Of a stretch of DNA of 51,100 nt, positions 7,820 through 17,345 are shown one piece after another. This stretch comes from Actinocatenispora sp. (GTDB lineage: Bacteria > Actinomycetota > Actinomycetes > Mycobacteriales > Micromonosporaceae). The notes under the pieces are model-generated. The model had not been told where the DNA came from and ran no database searches. It worked only from the letters and a program-made list of their open reading frames with translations. The translations under genes and the position numbers were made by a program. Location: assembly GCA_049582705.1 (NCBI GenBank), contig JBAUUM010000988.1, positions 1 to 51,100 of the forward strand, read 5' to 3'. The number at the start of each line of letters is the position of its first letter. Positions within the stretch are counted from its first letter, which is position 1.

Positions 7820-9031
7820 ATGACAATTCGACGAAGAGCACTCGCCGCCGTCGCGGTCAGCGCGGTGGCGTTGACCGGTGCGACGTTCGCCGTGTCCACC
7901 TCGGCGTCGGCCGCGAGCGGCCCCACATCGCTGCCGGCGGGCCAGTTCACGCTGACGGCCGACTACCACAAGTACGACACGCTGAACGGTCCGCTCACCT
8001 CGACGCTGGGCACCGCCCCGGTCCACACGGTGATGGACAACGCCAACCTGTCCCGGAGGTCGGTCACCGACTCGCTCGGCGTCAAGGGCTACGCCGGCGG
8101 GTTCACCTGGACCTCCGACGACAACAACAGCTGCACCAACGTCCCGCAGGGCATCACCACCAGCCGCGACGCCGTCGGCACCGCTGACGACGGCCGGTAC
8201 GACGGCCGACAGGTCGTCCTGGCCAGCTGGTACACCAGGTCCTCCTGCACCGGTGCCCAGACGCGCAGCCGGATCACGCTCGCCGACTGGGATTCGAAGC
8301 ATCCCAACAAGTACCGCAAGATCCTGCTCGTGGAGCCGACCGGCACCAAGGCCGCACCGTCGTTCAAGGACATCACGATCCACGCCGGTGGCGTGTCGTG
8401 GTACGGCGACTATCTCTACGTCGCCGACACCGGCCACGGCATGCGCGTCTTCAACATGAAGGACATCCTCAAGACCAACACCGGCGGCTCCGCGAGCCAG
8501 ATCGGTCGGCAGTCGGACGGCAAGACGTACTACGCGCACAACTACGCGTACGTCCTGCCGCAGGTCGGCACGATCAGCTCGGCGACCACCTCGGGCACCC
8601 CGCTGGTCTGGTCGTCGGTCTCGCTCGACCGGGCCAGCAAGTCGCTCGTGATGAACGAGTACACCTGCTCGTCCGGCTGCACCGACTACCCGAACCGTGC
8701 CGCGCGCGCGGTCCGGTTCCCGTTCGCGTCCGGCGCGACGACCTTCGCGGCGCACACCACGGCGTCCCAGGCGTTGAAGCTCCCGTGGTACAAGCTGAAC
8801 GGCGTCGCCTCGCACAACGGGCGCTGGTGGTTCAACTCGTCCGGATACAAGAAGCTCTACTACTGGGCGTCGTCCACCGGGGCGAGCACGTACAGCTGGG
8901 TCAGCAGCGGCGAGAGCATCAGCTACTGGGAGGCCGCCGGCTCCGACCCCGACATGCTCTGGACCTTGCAGGAGGGCAAGGGCCACCGCAACGTCTTCAT
9001 GGTCAAGCAGGCCAGCTACGGCGGCGGCTGA
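7820..9031 (+). CDS. Secreted protein of unknown function (probable beta-rich fold)
   Basis: Signal peptide MTIRRRALAAVAVSAVALTG...ASA; PQGITTS and HAGGVSWYGDYLYVADTG motifs; strong GC3 bias. Confidence 0.75.
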   Translation: MTIRRRALAAVAVSAVALTGATFAVSTSASAASGPTSLPAGQFTLTADYHKYDTLNGPLTSTLGTAPVHTVMDNANLSRRSVTDSLGVKGYAGGFTWTSDDNNSCTNVPQGITTSRDAVGTADDGRYDGRQVVLASWYTRSSCTGAQTRSRITLADWDSKHPNKYRKILLVEPTGTKAAPSFKDITIHAGGVSWYGDYLYVADTGHGMRVFNMKDILKTNTGGSASQIGRQSDGKTYYAHNYAYVLPQVGTISSATTSGTPLVWSSVSLDRASKSLVMNEYTCSSGCTDYPNRAARAVRFPFASGATTFAAHTTASQALKLPWYKLNGVASHNGRWWFNSSGYKKLYYWASSTGASTYSWVSSGESISYWEAAGSDPDMLWTLQEGKGHRNVFMVKQASYGGG

Positions 9032-9330
9032 GCCGCGCGCCGATCGTCACCCGACCCGCCGCCCACCGCGACCGAGAGGTCCGGTGGGCGGCGTCGCGTG
9101 TGCCCTCGGGGGAACGCAACCACCACATCGACGCCCCTGGAACCGTTGGTGTCACACCGAACTGCCTGACGCTTTCGCGGCGCGGGCTGACACCCCGGGC
9201 GGGTCTGTCCGGATCCGGGCGGGCGGGCGGAAGCGCCACGAACCGCCAGGCCGGGAGCATTCCCGATTAAGGCCATAAGGCGTCCGCCGGCCGGCTATGT
9301 TGGCGTGATCTTCGGCAGACGGGGGTCGCG

Positions 9331-10896
9331 ATGGCCAGGAGTGTCGCACGGGGACGGCGCCGGGCACACACCGCCTGGATCGCCGCCGTGGTGTGTCTCG
9401 TCGCCGGGGTGGTGAGCTGGCCGCTCGCGGCGGCGTCGACCGCCCTGCCGAAGCACCGGTCGATCGACTGGAAGTCGTGCGACGACCTGGGCGCGCGGTT
9501 CCAGTGCGCGAGGGTTCCGGTGCCGTTGGACTGGGCCCGGCCCGGCGGCGAGCACATCAAGCTGGCCGTGATCCGGCACCTCGCCAGCCGGCCCGAGCAG
9601 CGCATCGGGTCGATGTTCGTCAACCCCGGCGGGCCGGGCCAGAGCGGCGTCGACCTGGTACGCAACGGCGCAGCCGATTTCGACGCGTGGGGCGGTGGCC
9701 GCTTCGACGTGGTGGGCTGGGATCCCCGGGGCACCAACGGGAGCGCACCGGTGCGCTGCTTCACCAGCCGAGCGGCCGAGGCCCGGTTCTGGCAGGGCGT
9801 GTCGATTCCCTCCACACCGGCCGAGTCGACGGCGTACGAGCGCAAGACCGTCGAGCTGGCGCCGCGGTGCGGAAAGGTGAGCGGGAATCTCCTGTCGCAC
9901 ATCACCACCGCGGACACCGCCCGTGACCTCGAGGCGCTGCGCACGCTCGTCGGGGACCCCAAGCTCACCTACGTCGGCCTGTCCTACGGCTCGTTGATCG
10001 GCCAGACCTACGAGAACCTGCTCCCGGGCCGGGTACGGGCCATGATGCTCGACGGCATCGTCGACGCGGTCGACGCGACCACCAGCATGGAGACGAACGT
10101 CGGCAACGCGGTCTCCTCCGCCGACGAGGTCTTCCGGCAGTTCGTCAAGCTCTGCCAGAACGCTGGGCCGGCACGCTGCGCGCTCGCCGGTCATGGCGAG
10201 ACGGTCGCGCGACGGGTGGCGGAACTGTTCGCCACGGCCCGCCGGGCGCCGATCCCGGCACCCCACGCGAACCCGCCCGGCGCACTCAGCTACGGCGACC
10301 TGCAGGTGTCCACGTTCAACCCGCTGCGGTTGCCGCTCACCTGGCCGTTCTTCGCCGCCGATCTCAACGCCGCGGCCCAGGGCGACGCGTCGGCCCTGGA
10401 GACCACGGCGCGGGAGATGCAGTCCCCGGAGGGCCTGGCCCGCACGACCACGTCGTCGGCGATCTCGTGCGGAGACGCGCCCGCCCGGCTGCCGGTGTCG
10501 GAGTGGCCGCGGGCCGTCGCCCGGTTCACCCAGCAGGGCAAGCTGTGGGGCCGGGTACTCGGGTGGTGGCTGTGGGCACCGTGCGCCTCGCACTGGCCGG
10601 CGCACGCCACCGACCGGTACACCGGACCCTGGAACGCCCGGACGAAGACCACGATCCTGCTGGTCGGCGCCCGGTACGATCCCGGCACGCCGTACCGCAA
10701 CGCCCAGGTCGCCGAGCGGCGGCTCGGCAACGCCGTGCTGCTCACGCTGAACGGTTACGGCCACCCGAGCTACCAGGTCCCCAGCAGGTGCATCGACAGG
10801 GCGCGACGGCAGTACCTCATCCATCTCGTCACCCCGCCGCGCGGCACCGTCTGCCAACCCGACGAGGAACCGTTCCCCCCACCGCCCTACCGGTAG
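9331..10896 (+). CDS. Secreted alpha/beta hydrolase, tripeptidyl aminopeptidase (TAP)-like
   Basis: VNPGGPG, WDPRG, nucleophile GLSYG, YDPGTPY, GYGH. Confidence 0.9.
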   Translation: MARSVARGRRRAHTAWIAAVVCLVAGVVSWPLAAASTALPKHRSIDWKSCDDLGARFQCARVPVPLDWARPGGEHIKLAVIRHLASRPEQRIGSMFVNPGGPGQSGVDLVRNGAADFDAWGGGRFDVVGWDPRGTNGSAPVRCFTSRAAEARFWQGVSIPSTPAESTAYERKTVELAPRCGKVSGNLLSHITTADTARDLEALRTLVGDPKLTYVGLSYGSLIGQTYENLLPGRVRAMMLDGIVDAVDATTSMETNVGNAVSSADEVFRQFVKLCQNAGPARCALAGHGETVARRVAELFATARRAPIPAPHANPPGALSYGDLQVSTFNPLRLPLTWPFFAADLNAAAQGDASALETTAREMQSPEGLARTTTSSAISCGDAPARLPVSEWPRAVARFTQQGKLWGRVLGWWLWAPCASHWPAHATDRYTGPWNARTKTTILLVGARYDPGTPYRNAQVAERRLGNAVLLTLNGYGHPSYQVPSRCIDRARRQYLIHLVTPPRGTVCQPDEEPFPPPPYR

Positions 10897-11073
10897 GCGG
10901 TGGTGGGCCGCGACAAGGTTCGGACCACCCGGAACCGCCCTCGATGAGCGGCGGCCGTCAGGCCGGCAGCGCCTGCCGGCCCGAGACTGGCAACGGTCGC
11001 CGTGGCTCGCACCGGGTCTGTGCGGTGCGCCAACCAGGTGTGGCGCGGGTGTCGGCGGGGCAGAATCGGTCGG

Positions 11074-11409
11074 GTGAAGTACGTGCTGCTGATATGCGAT
11101 GACGAGACCGTGTCCCCGAGCAACGAGGAACTCGAGGCGGATCCGATACACCAGGACTGGATCGCGGACCTGGAACGGCGCGGCGCCCGGATCGTGGGGG
11201 CCCGGCTGCGTCCCGTGGTGGACGCGACCACGGTCCGGGTCCGGGACGGCGAGACCCTGGTCTCGGACGGACCGTTCGCCGAGACCAAGGACTTCGTGGG
11301 CGGCTTCGTGATCGTCGAGTGCGCCGACCTGGACGAGGCGATCGAGATCGCGTCCGGTCATCCGTACGCGCACTGGGGCGGGGTCGAGATCCGCCCCGTC
11401 TGGGAATGA
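11074..11409 (+). CDS. YciI/DGPF-domain protein
   Basis: KYVLLI N-terminus, [24 protein letters not shown] -10-like hexamer 7 nt before GTG suggests a leaderless transcript. Confidence 0.9.
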   Translation: MKYVLLICDDETVSPSNEELEADPIHQDWIADLERRGARIVGARLRPVVDATTVRVRDGETLVSDGPFAETKDFVGGFVIVECADLDEAIEIASGHPYAHWGGVEIRPVWE

Positions 11410-12638
11410 CCGCACCGGACGGCCGGGTACGGGACGCGGTCACCGCGGCGTTCCACGACGAGTGGGGCCAGATCGTCGCCACCCTGATCGGGTCGACCGG
11501 CGACTGGGACCTGGCCGAGGAGTGCGCGCAGGACGCGTTCGCCGCCGCGCTGGTGACCTGGCAGCGCGACGGGGTTCCGCGTCGCCCGGGTGCCTGGCTC
11601 ACGACGACGGCCCGTAACCGCGCGACCGACCGGCTGCGCCGTGACCTCGCCGGCGCGGCCAAGCTGCGTCAGCTCGCCGTACTGGCCCGTGATCCGGACG
11701 AGCCGCCGGTGGAGGAGATCCGGGACGAGCGACTGCGGTTGATCTTCACCTGCTGCCATCCGGCGCTGCCGTTCCCGGCCCGGGTCGCGCTCACCCTGCG
11801 CACCCTGACCGGACTGAGCACCGCCGAGATCGCCTCGGCCTTCCTCACCACCGAGACCACGATGGCGCAACGCCTGGTCCGCGCCAAGCGCAAGATCCAG
11901 GAGGCGGGCATCCCGTACCGGGTGCCGCCCGTCGAGGCTCTCCCGCGGCGGCTGGCCGCGGTACTCGCCGTGCTGTACCTGATCTTCAACGAGGGCTACG
12001 ACGAGGAGGCCGGCGAGGGAGGCGCACGCCGGGCGCTGACCGACGAGGCCATCCGCCTGGCCCGGCTCCTGGTCCGGCTGATGGGCCAGGAACCCGAGCC
12101 GCTGGGGCTGCTCGCGCTGACGCTGCTGCACGAGGCCCGCCGCGCGACGCGTACCGAGGACGGCGTACTGGTCACGCTGGAGCACCAGGACCGGTCCCGG
12201 TGGGACCGGGCGCTGATCGCCGAGGGTGTGGCGGTGCTGGACCAGGCGCTGGCGCTGCGGCGTACCGGGCCCTACCAGGTGCAGGCCGCGATCGCCGCCT
12301 GTCACGCCACCGCGCCCGACGCGGCGCGGACGGACTGGCCGCAGATCGCCGCCCTGTACACCCAGCTGGCCCGGCTGGCGCCGTCCCCGGTCGTGGACCT
12401 CAACCGTGCCGTGGCGGTCGCGATGGCCGACGGGATCCCGGCCGGGCTGGTCCTGGTCGACGAGATCACCGCGTCCGGCCGGCTCGACGGGTACCACCTG
12501 CTCCCCGCGACCCGGGCCGACCTGCTCCGCCGGGCCGGCCGGCTCGCCGACGCCCGGGCCGCGTACGAGGAGGCGGTGAAACTGGCGCCGCCCGGGGCCG
12601 AACACCGCTACCTGACCAGCCGTCTCGAAGAAATCTGA
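11406..12638 (+). CDS. ECF42-type RNA polymerase sigma factor (sigma2/sigma4 + DUF6596/TPR extension)
   Basis: [69 protein letters not shown]-coupled to YciI gene. Confidence 0.9.
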   Translation: MTAPDGRVRDAVTAAFHDEWGQIVATLIGSTGDWDLAEECAQDAFAAALVTWQRDGVPRRPGAWLTTTARNRATDRLRRDLAGAAKLRQLAVLARDPDEPPVEEIRDERLRLIFTCCHPALPFPARVALTLRTLTGLSTAEIASAFLTTETTMAQRLVRAKRKIQEAGIPYRVPPVEALPRRLAAVLAVLYLIFNEGYDEEAGEGGARRALTDEAIRLARLLVRLMGQEPEPLGLLALTLLHEARRATRTEDGVLVTLEHQDRSRWDRALIAEGVAVLDQALALRRTGPYQVQAAIAACHATAPDAARTDWPQIAALYTQLARLAPSPVVDLNRAVAVAMADGIPAGLVLVDEITASGRLDGYHLLPATRADLLRRAGRLADARAAYEEAVKLAPPGAEHRYLTSRLEEI

Positions 12639-12654
12639 GATTTTCCGCGGCCGA

Positions 12655-12681
12655 TGTCGATCCGCGTCGACCGTCTTCGTC
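12655..12681 (+). promoter_or_regulatory. ECF42-type promoter TGTCGA-N17-CGTC
   Basis: Matches the ECF42 consensus (-35 TGTCGA, -10 CGWC); upstream of DUF899 gene. Confidence 0.75.
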
Positions 12682-12719
12682 GGTGGGGTGAAGGTCCATC
12701 CGAGACGAAGGAGAATCCC

Positions 12720-13454
12720 ATGGACACCGACACGACCACACCGGCGCCGAAGATCGCCGATCGGGCCGCCTACCAGGCGGAACTGGACATGTTGCGGATC
12801 CGGGAGAAGGCGCACACGCACGAGGGCGACGCGATCGCCGCGGCCCGCAGGCGACTGCCGATGGTGGAGGTCGACGCCGGCGCCACGCTGATCGGGCCGA
12901 ACGGTCCGGTCACGCTGCTGGACGCCTTCGAGGGCCGCGGACAGCTCATCGCGTACTTCCAGATGTGGCAGACCGGGCAGCCGGCGGCGGCCCAGTGCGA
13001 GGGCTGCACCTACTTCAACAGTCAGGTCCGGGAACTGGGCTACCTGCACGCGCGCGACATCACGTACGCGACGCTCTGCCAGGGCCCGTACGAGGAGAGT
13101 GTCCGGTACCGCGACTTCATGGGCTGGGACGTGCCCTGGTACTCGGCGGCCGGGTCGCTCGACGTACTGATGGGGGACCGCGCCCCGTTCATGCTGGCGT
13201 GCTACCTGCGCCGGGGCGACCGGGTGTTCGAGACGTACTGGACCACCGGCCGTGGCGTCGAGGTGATGGACCAGACGTACGGCCTGCTGGACCGGACCGC
13301 GTACGGGCGGCAGGAGGAGTGGGAGGACTCGCCGGCCGGCTGGCCGACGCCGAACACCGTCGACAACAGCCTGCACCGCGTCGACGGCCGTCCGACCGCC
13401 CAGTGGTCCCGCCTGAACGCCGGGCGGGTCGACGACCTCGGCTCCGCGTCATGA
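12720..13454 (+). CDS. DUF899 family protein (second paralog)
   Basis: REKAHTHEGDAIAAARRRLPMVEV, QCEGCT, DRTAYGRQEEWEDSP; AAGGAG RBS. Confidence 0.88.
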   Translation: MDTDTTTPAPKIADRAAYQAELDMLRIREKAHTHEGDAIAAARRRLPMVEVDAGATLIGPNGPVTLLDAFEGRGQLIAYFQMWQTGQPAAAQCEGCTYFNSQVRELGYLHARDITYATLCQGPYEESVRYRDFMGWDVPWYSAAGSLDVLMGDRAPFMLACYLRRGDRVFETYWTTGRGVEVMDQTYGLLDRTAYGRQEEWEDSPAGWPTPNTVDNSLHRVDGRPTAQWSRLNAGRVDDLGSAS

Positions 13455-14146
13455 CGACCGTCCGGACGGCTGCCAGGACGGGTACGGCACCCACCACCGT
13501 GGTCACCGCGGCCACGGTGGTGGGGGCGGTCGCGCTCGCGGCCGTGGCCTGGCTGGTCGCGGTCCGGCAGATGGACGGCATGGACGGGATGGACATGGGT
13601 GTCGCCACCCGTCTCGGCCCGTTCCCGTTGTTCGTCGCCATGTGGGTCTCGATGATGGCGGTGATGATGCTGCCGGGCGCGGCTTCGGCGGTGGCGCGGT
13701 ACGCCCGGTCGCAGGGCCGGATCGGCGCGGCGCCACTGTTCGTCGGGTCGTACCTGGCCGTGTGGGCGGCCGTGGGAGTCGTCGTGTACGAGGTGTACCA
13801 GCCGCACGGGACCATCGTCGCCGGAGCGGTCACGATCATGGCCGGCCTGTACGAGCTCACGCCGTTGAAACGGCACTGCCGTGACCGGTGCCGGGGCACG
13901 ACCCGCTCCGGCTTCGGGTACGGGCTGCACTGCCTGGGTTCGAGCGTCGGCCTGATGCTGATCCTGGTGGCGCTGGGCGTCATGAGCGTCCCGTGGATGG
14001 CCGTGGTCGCCGTCCTCGGGCTCGCCCAGAAGCTGCTGCCCGCGAAGGCCGCCGTCGACGTGCCGGTCGCACTCGCGATCGTCGGGCTCGGCGTCCTGAT
14101 CCTCGTCGCGCCCTCCGTCGTACCGGGGCTCGTGTCGACGATGTGA
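13451..14146 (+). CDS. DUF2182 predicted metal-binding integral membrane protein
   Basis: MMAVMMLP, YELTPLKRHCRDRCR, GLHCLG motifs; ATGA overlap with DUF899. Confidence 0.85.
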   Translation: MTTVRTAARTGTAPTTVVTAATVVGAVALAAVAWLVAVRQMDGMDGMDMGVATRLGPFPLFVAMWVSMMAVMMLPGAASAVARYARSQGRIGAAPLFVGSYLAVWAAVGVVVYEVYQPHGTIVAGAVTIMAGLYELTPLKRHCRDRCRGTTRSGFGYGLHCLGSSVGLMLILVALGVMSVPWMAVVAVLGLAQKLLPAKAAVDVPVALAIVGLGVLILVAPSVVPGLVSTM

Positions 14147-14153
14147 CACCCGG

Positions 14154-14191
14154 GGGCGACTGCCGGCCGTGTCCGCGGCGGGCAGTCGCCC
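14154..14191 (+). terminator. Hairpin after DUF2182 gene
   Basis: GGGCGACTGCC / GGCAGTCGCCC arms. Confidence 0.55.
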
Positions 14192-14296
14192 GGCGCCGAG
14201 GCGGCCGGGCCCGCCTGGCGCAGGATTCCCGCACGACGCACCCACCCGGTTGATGCGTCGAGGCTCTTGATCTCTGCGGCTACTCTGTCGGCGTCT

Positions 14297-14368
14297 CATG
14301 GAGTGGCTCAGCGGCAGAGCGCCCGGCTCGGGACCGGGAGGGCGCGGGTTCGAGTCCCGTCTCCATGT
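14297..14368 (+). tRNA. Atypical tRNA / tRNA-like RNA, anticodon CGG (Pro-like), discriminator U
   Basis: Full cloverleaf: CATGGAG/CTCCATG acceptor, GCTC/GAGC D stem, CCCGG-CTCGGGA-CCGGG anticodon arm, GCGGG-TTCGAGT-CCCGT T arm; no encoded CCA. Confidence 0.85.
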
Positions 14369-14383
14369 CGATGGGGAAGTCAG

Positions 14384-14455
14384 CCTGGAGTAGATCAGCG
14401 GTAGATCACCCGGCTCTTTACCGGGAGGGCGCGGGTTCGAATCCCGCCTCCAGGT
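14384..14455 (+). tRNA. Atypical tRNA / tRNA-like RNA, anticodon CTT (Lys-like) with U37, discriminator U
   Basis: Full cloverleaf: CCTGGAG/CTCCAGG acceptor, GATC/GATC D stem, CCCGG-CTCTTTA-CCGGG anticodon arm, GCGGG-TTCGAAT-CCCGC T arm. Confidence 0.85.
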
Positions 14456-14477
14456 CCGTCTGGTCGGAGGAGGTCGT

Positions 14478-16832
14478 GTGTCGTATGCCTTCGGGCGGCT
14501 GCAGCGCGCCCTCGACACCGCCGCCAACTCCGCGGACCCGCAGGTGCGGGCGCGGGCGCGGCAGAAGGCAAGCAGGTGGGAGGCGGTCATCGCGGGGGTC
14601 GCGTCCGGCCACCTGACGGTCGGGTCGCGTACCCCGGTGGCGGACACCCCGGCCTGGGTGACGCTGGAGGTGGCACACGGCGGTTTCGCGACCGGCCGCT
14701 ACCTGGCCGAGGGGCCGCTGCGCGACGACGAGCGGGACCGGGTGCGGTCGCTGTCCGCCGACGCGCCGGGGACCACCGACCGGGAGCGGCTGAACCTCTG
14801 GTACCTCGGCGACGAGGGCCAGGCCACGTTGCTGCGGGCGCTGCGTACCGAGCAGTACCGGGTCGACGTGCCCGAGGAGTCCGCGCTGCTGGTCGTCGCG
14901 TGGCTGCTCGACCAGGGCCACGTGGAGGACGCCCTCGACCTGGTGGCCGAGCTGCGCCCGCTGATGCACCGGCTACGGTTCACGCCGCGTCTGGAGGCGG
15001 GGTCGACCCCGTCCGGCGCGGTGGTACGGCTGGAGTCCGTGGGCGCCGTCCGGACTGCCATCCGCGGCATCCAGGCGCCGGTACAGATCGCCCGGATGCG
15101 GGAGACGCTGCAGGTCTGGCATCCGCTGTACGACCGGCTCGTCGCGCTGTGGTGCGACACCGTGGACGGGGACCTGCCCTCGCTGGCCGTCTCCGGGGAC
15201 GAGGCCGACGGCCGGGTGGTGGGTGGCTGGCCGTGCCGGGTGTGGCCGGCCGACTGGGCCGAGCGTCGCCGTGCCTGGCTGACCGATGTCGGGGCGGTCC
15301 GCGAGGACGGGCACGCCACGGCCCACCGGCACCCGAGGAGCAACTTCGCCCGCCTGCACCGTGCCCTGGAGTCCTGTCCGGAGGACAGCGGGTCGCTGTC
15401 CGCACGGGACGTCGGCTGGGTCCGCCGGGCCCTGGCCAACACGATCACCAGGCACGGGGCGCCGGGTTCGGAGACCCGCGCCGCGCTGCGTTCGACCCAG
15501 GCCGCCGAGGTCGCGCGCCCGACCAACGCCGCCCTCGCCCACGTACTGGCCGGGCGTCTGGACCGCTACCCGGGCAACGGTGGACTCCCGTCGGTCGACC
15601 CGATCGCCGAGGACACCGCCGACGGTGAGGCGCCCGGCGTACCGGCCGGTTCGCCTATTCCGCGACAGCTGATCGCCAAGGCGACCAGGGCCCTCGAAGC
15701 ACCGATCTCGGAGCTGGTGACCCGTGGCGTCATCACCTCCGGTGAGACCCTCGCGAAGGTCCTGCCGCAGGTCACGTCGCAACTGCTCGCCGCCAACCTG
15801 GACGACGCCCGGATCGCCGGCGTCTACGCCCACACGTACGCGGCCTTCCGCCGCCGTCGCAGCCTGTTGCTGCTGAACCTGGAGCACCAGGTCCGGTTCG
15901 AGGAACTGCCGTGGGCGGCGGTCCTCGGGCGGTTCCGGACCGACCGCGACACGGTGGCGCGCGCCTCCCGGCAGGCGATGCGGCACGTCGCCCTCGTGAC
16001 CCTGACCGGGTTCCCCCAGGCGATCCTGCCGAACCCGCTCGTCCGGGAACTCGGCGCACTGGCCACCGAGGCGGGTGTACGCGTCCCGCTCGTCGAGGAG
16101 GTCGCCGCCGACATCTTCATGGGCACCTTCACCGCCAAGTGGCGCGACGCCGCGAAGGTCGCGAGCCGCGCGCTCGCCGACACCCTGTACGCCCGCTACT
16201 ACGACCTGCCGGACGTCACGTACTGGCCCGAATCCAGTCCGCGTGGCACGCCGAAGCGGCGCCGGGGCCGGCAGACCGCCCAGGACTTCGCCGATCTCTG
16301 CGCGGAACGCGCGAAGGAGGCGCAGGGCGCCGGGAGCGGAAGCTGGGTGGCGGGAAACGGCACCGTGCTGGAGCAGAGCCAGATCCTCACCACGCACAAC
16401 CTGGTGACCCTCGTCGAGGCTCTCGACCTGGGCGAGGAGATCCGGCAGCTCGCTCCCGGCATCGCCGAGCGCATCCTCGACTGGGTGGTCCGCCGGCAGA
16501 CCCAGCCCGGCCCCGACCGGTACGCGGCCCTGCAGATGATCAAGAACACCGCGTACGCGTGGCGGCAGGCGGTGTTCTTCCTGAGCCTGTGCGACGACCG
16601 GACGCAGCGCGCCGCCGTGGAGCGTCTGCGCCGACAGGTGGCCGACGCGGAGCTCCAGGACCGCTTCTCACCGGCGGTCGACGGGCTGGCGCACGTGCTC
16701 GCCGGTGGCCGGTTCACCCGCGCGGGCACGGTCGACGGTACGGACGCCCGCCGTTTTCTCGGCTGGACCGTCGGCCGTCACTGGTGCATGCCGCCCCGGC
16801 TCGACCCACGGCACGCGTTCCCGACCCCCTAG
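14478..16832 (+). CDS. Large (784 aa) soluble protein of unknown function, directly downstream of tRNA-like pair
   Basis: GGAGGAGG RBS at 14466-14473, typical GC3 bias, motif-like blocks GSRTPVADTPAWVTLEVAHGGFATG, AFRRRRSLLLLNLEHQV, VEEVAADIFMGTF, EQSQILTTHNL, KNTAYAWRQ. Confidence 0.85.
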   Translation: MSYAFGRLQRALDTAANSADPQVRARARQKASRWEAVIAGVASGHLTVGSRTPVADTPAWVTLEVAHGGFATGRYLAEGPLRDDERDRVRSLSADAPGTTDRERLNLWYLGDEGQATLLRALRTEQYRVDVPEESALLVVAWLLDQGHVEDALDLVAELRPLMHRLRFTPRLEAGSTPSGAVVRLESVGAVRTAIRGIQAPVQIARMRETLQVWHPLYDRLVALWCDTVDGDLPSLAVSGDEADGRVVGGWPCRVWPADWAERRRAWLTDVGAVREDGHATAHRHPRSNFARLHRALESCPEDSGSLSARDVGWVRRALANTITRHGAPGSETRAALRSTQAAEVARPTNAALAHVLAGRLDRYPGNGGLPSVDPIAEDTADGEAPGVPAGSPIPRQLIAKATRALEAPISELVTRGVITSGETLAKVLPQVTSQLLAANLDDARIAGVYAHTYAAFRRRRSLLLLNLEHQVRFEELPWAAVLGRFRTDRDTVARASRQAMRHVALVTLTGFPQAILPNPLVRELGALATEAGVRVPLVEEVAADIFMGTFTAKWRDAAKVASRALADTLYARYYDLPDVTYWPESSPRGTPKRRRGRQTAQDFADLCAERAKEAQGAGSGSWVAGNGTVLEQSQILTTHNLVTLVEALDLGEEIRQLAPGIAERILDWVVRRQTQPGPDRYAALQMIKNTAYAWRQAVFFLSLCDDRTQRAAVERLRRQVADAELQDRFSPAVDGLAHVLAGGRFTRAGTVDGTDARRFLGWTVGRHWCMPPRLDPRHAFPTP

Positions 16833-16882
16833 CTCCTCCCGCGCGCCCGGTCCGTCCGGGAGGAGACTGGGTACCGGCGGGG

Positions 16883-16909
16883 TGTCGAGATCAGAGCTGC
16901 CTGTTCGTC
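16883..16909 (+). promoter_or_regulatory. ECF42-type promoter TGTCGA-N17-CGTC
   Basis: Directly upstream of second YciI-ECF42 operon (autoregulatory position). Confidence 0.8.
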
Positions 16910-16951
16910 ATTCTCTTGACCGCCGCGTCGACACGGGTGTCAGGAGGACAC

Positions 16952-17338
16952 GTGAAGTACATGTTGTTGATCTACAACTGTGAACGGCCGGAGCCCGACG
17001 ATCCCGGCTTCGCCGCGACATTGGCGCGGGTCAACGCCTTCGCCGACGAGTGCCGCCGCCGGGGCGCGTTCGTGGCGGGGGATCCGTTGATGCCGGAGAG
17101 CACCGCGACGACCGTCCGGGTCCGGGAGGGCCGGACCCTGATCTCCGACGGTCCGTTCCTGGAGACCCACGAACACCTGGGCGGCTACTACGTCCTCGAC
17201 TGCCGCAACCTGGACGAGGCGCTGGAGCTCGCCGCGCTGTGCCCGCTGTCCGCGGACGGCTCGATCGAGGTGCGCCCGATCGCCGATCTGCCGGGCCTCG
17301 ACCATACGGCGGCGGCTCTGCGGGCCGCCGCCGAATGA
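16952..17338 (+). CDS. YciI/DGPF-domain protein (second)
   Basis: [36 protein letters not shown]. Confidence 0.9.
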   Translation: MKYMLLIYNCERPEPDDPGFAATLARVNAFADECRRRGAFVAGDPLMPESTATTVRVREGRTLISDGPFLETHEHLGGYYVLDCRNLDEALELAALCPLSADGSIEVRPIADLPGLDHTAAALRAAAE

Positions 17339-17345
17339 GCGGGGC

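Noticed and set aside
14250..14290. PafBC-type DNA-damage promoter for the tRNA-like cassette
   Set aside because: A TACTCT -10-like hexamer is present, but the TGTCGG element is not at the expected position upstream of it.
14297..14455. tRNAs as the attachment site of an integrated element
   Set aside because: No integrase, no duplicated tRNA 3' end elsewhere in the window, and no obvious composition shift.
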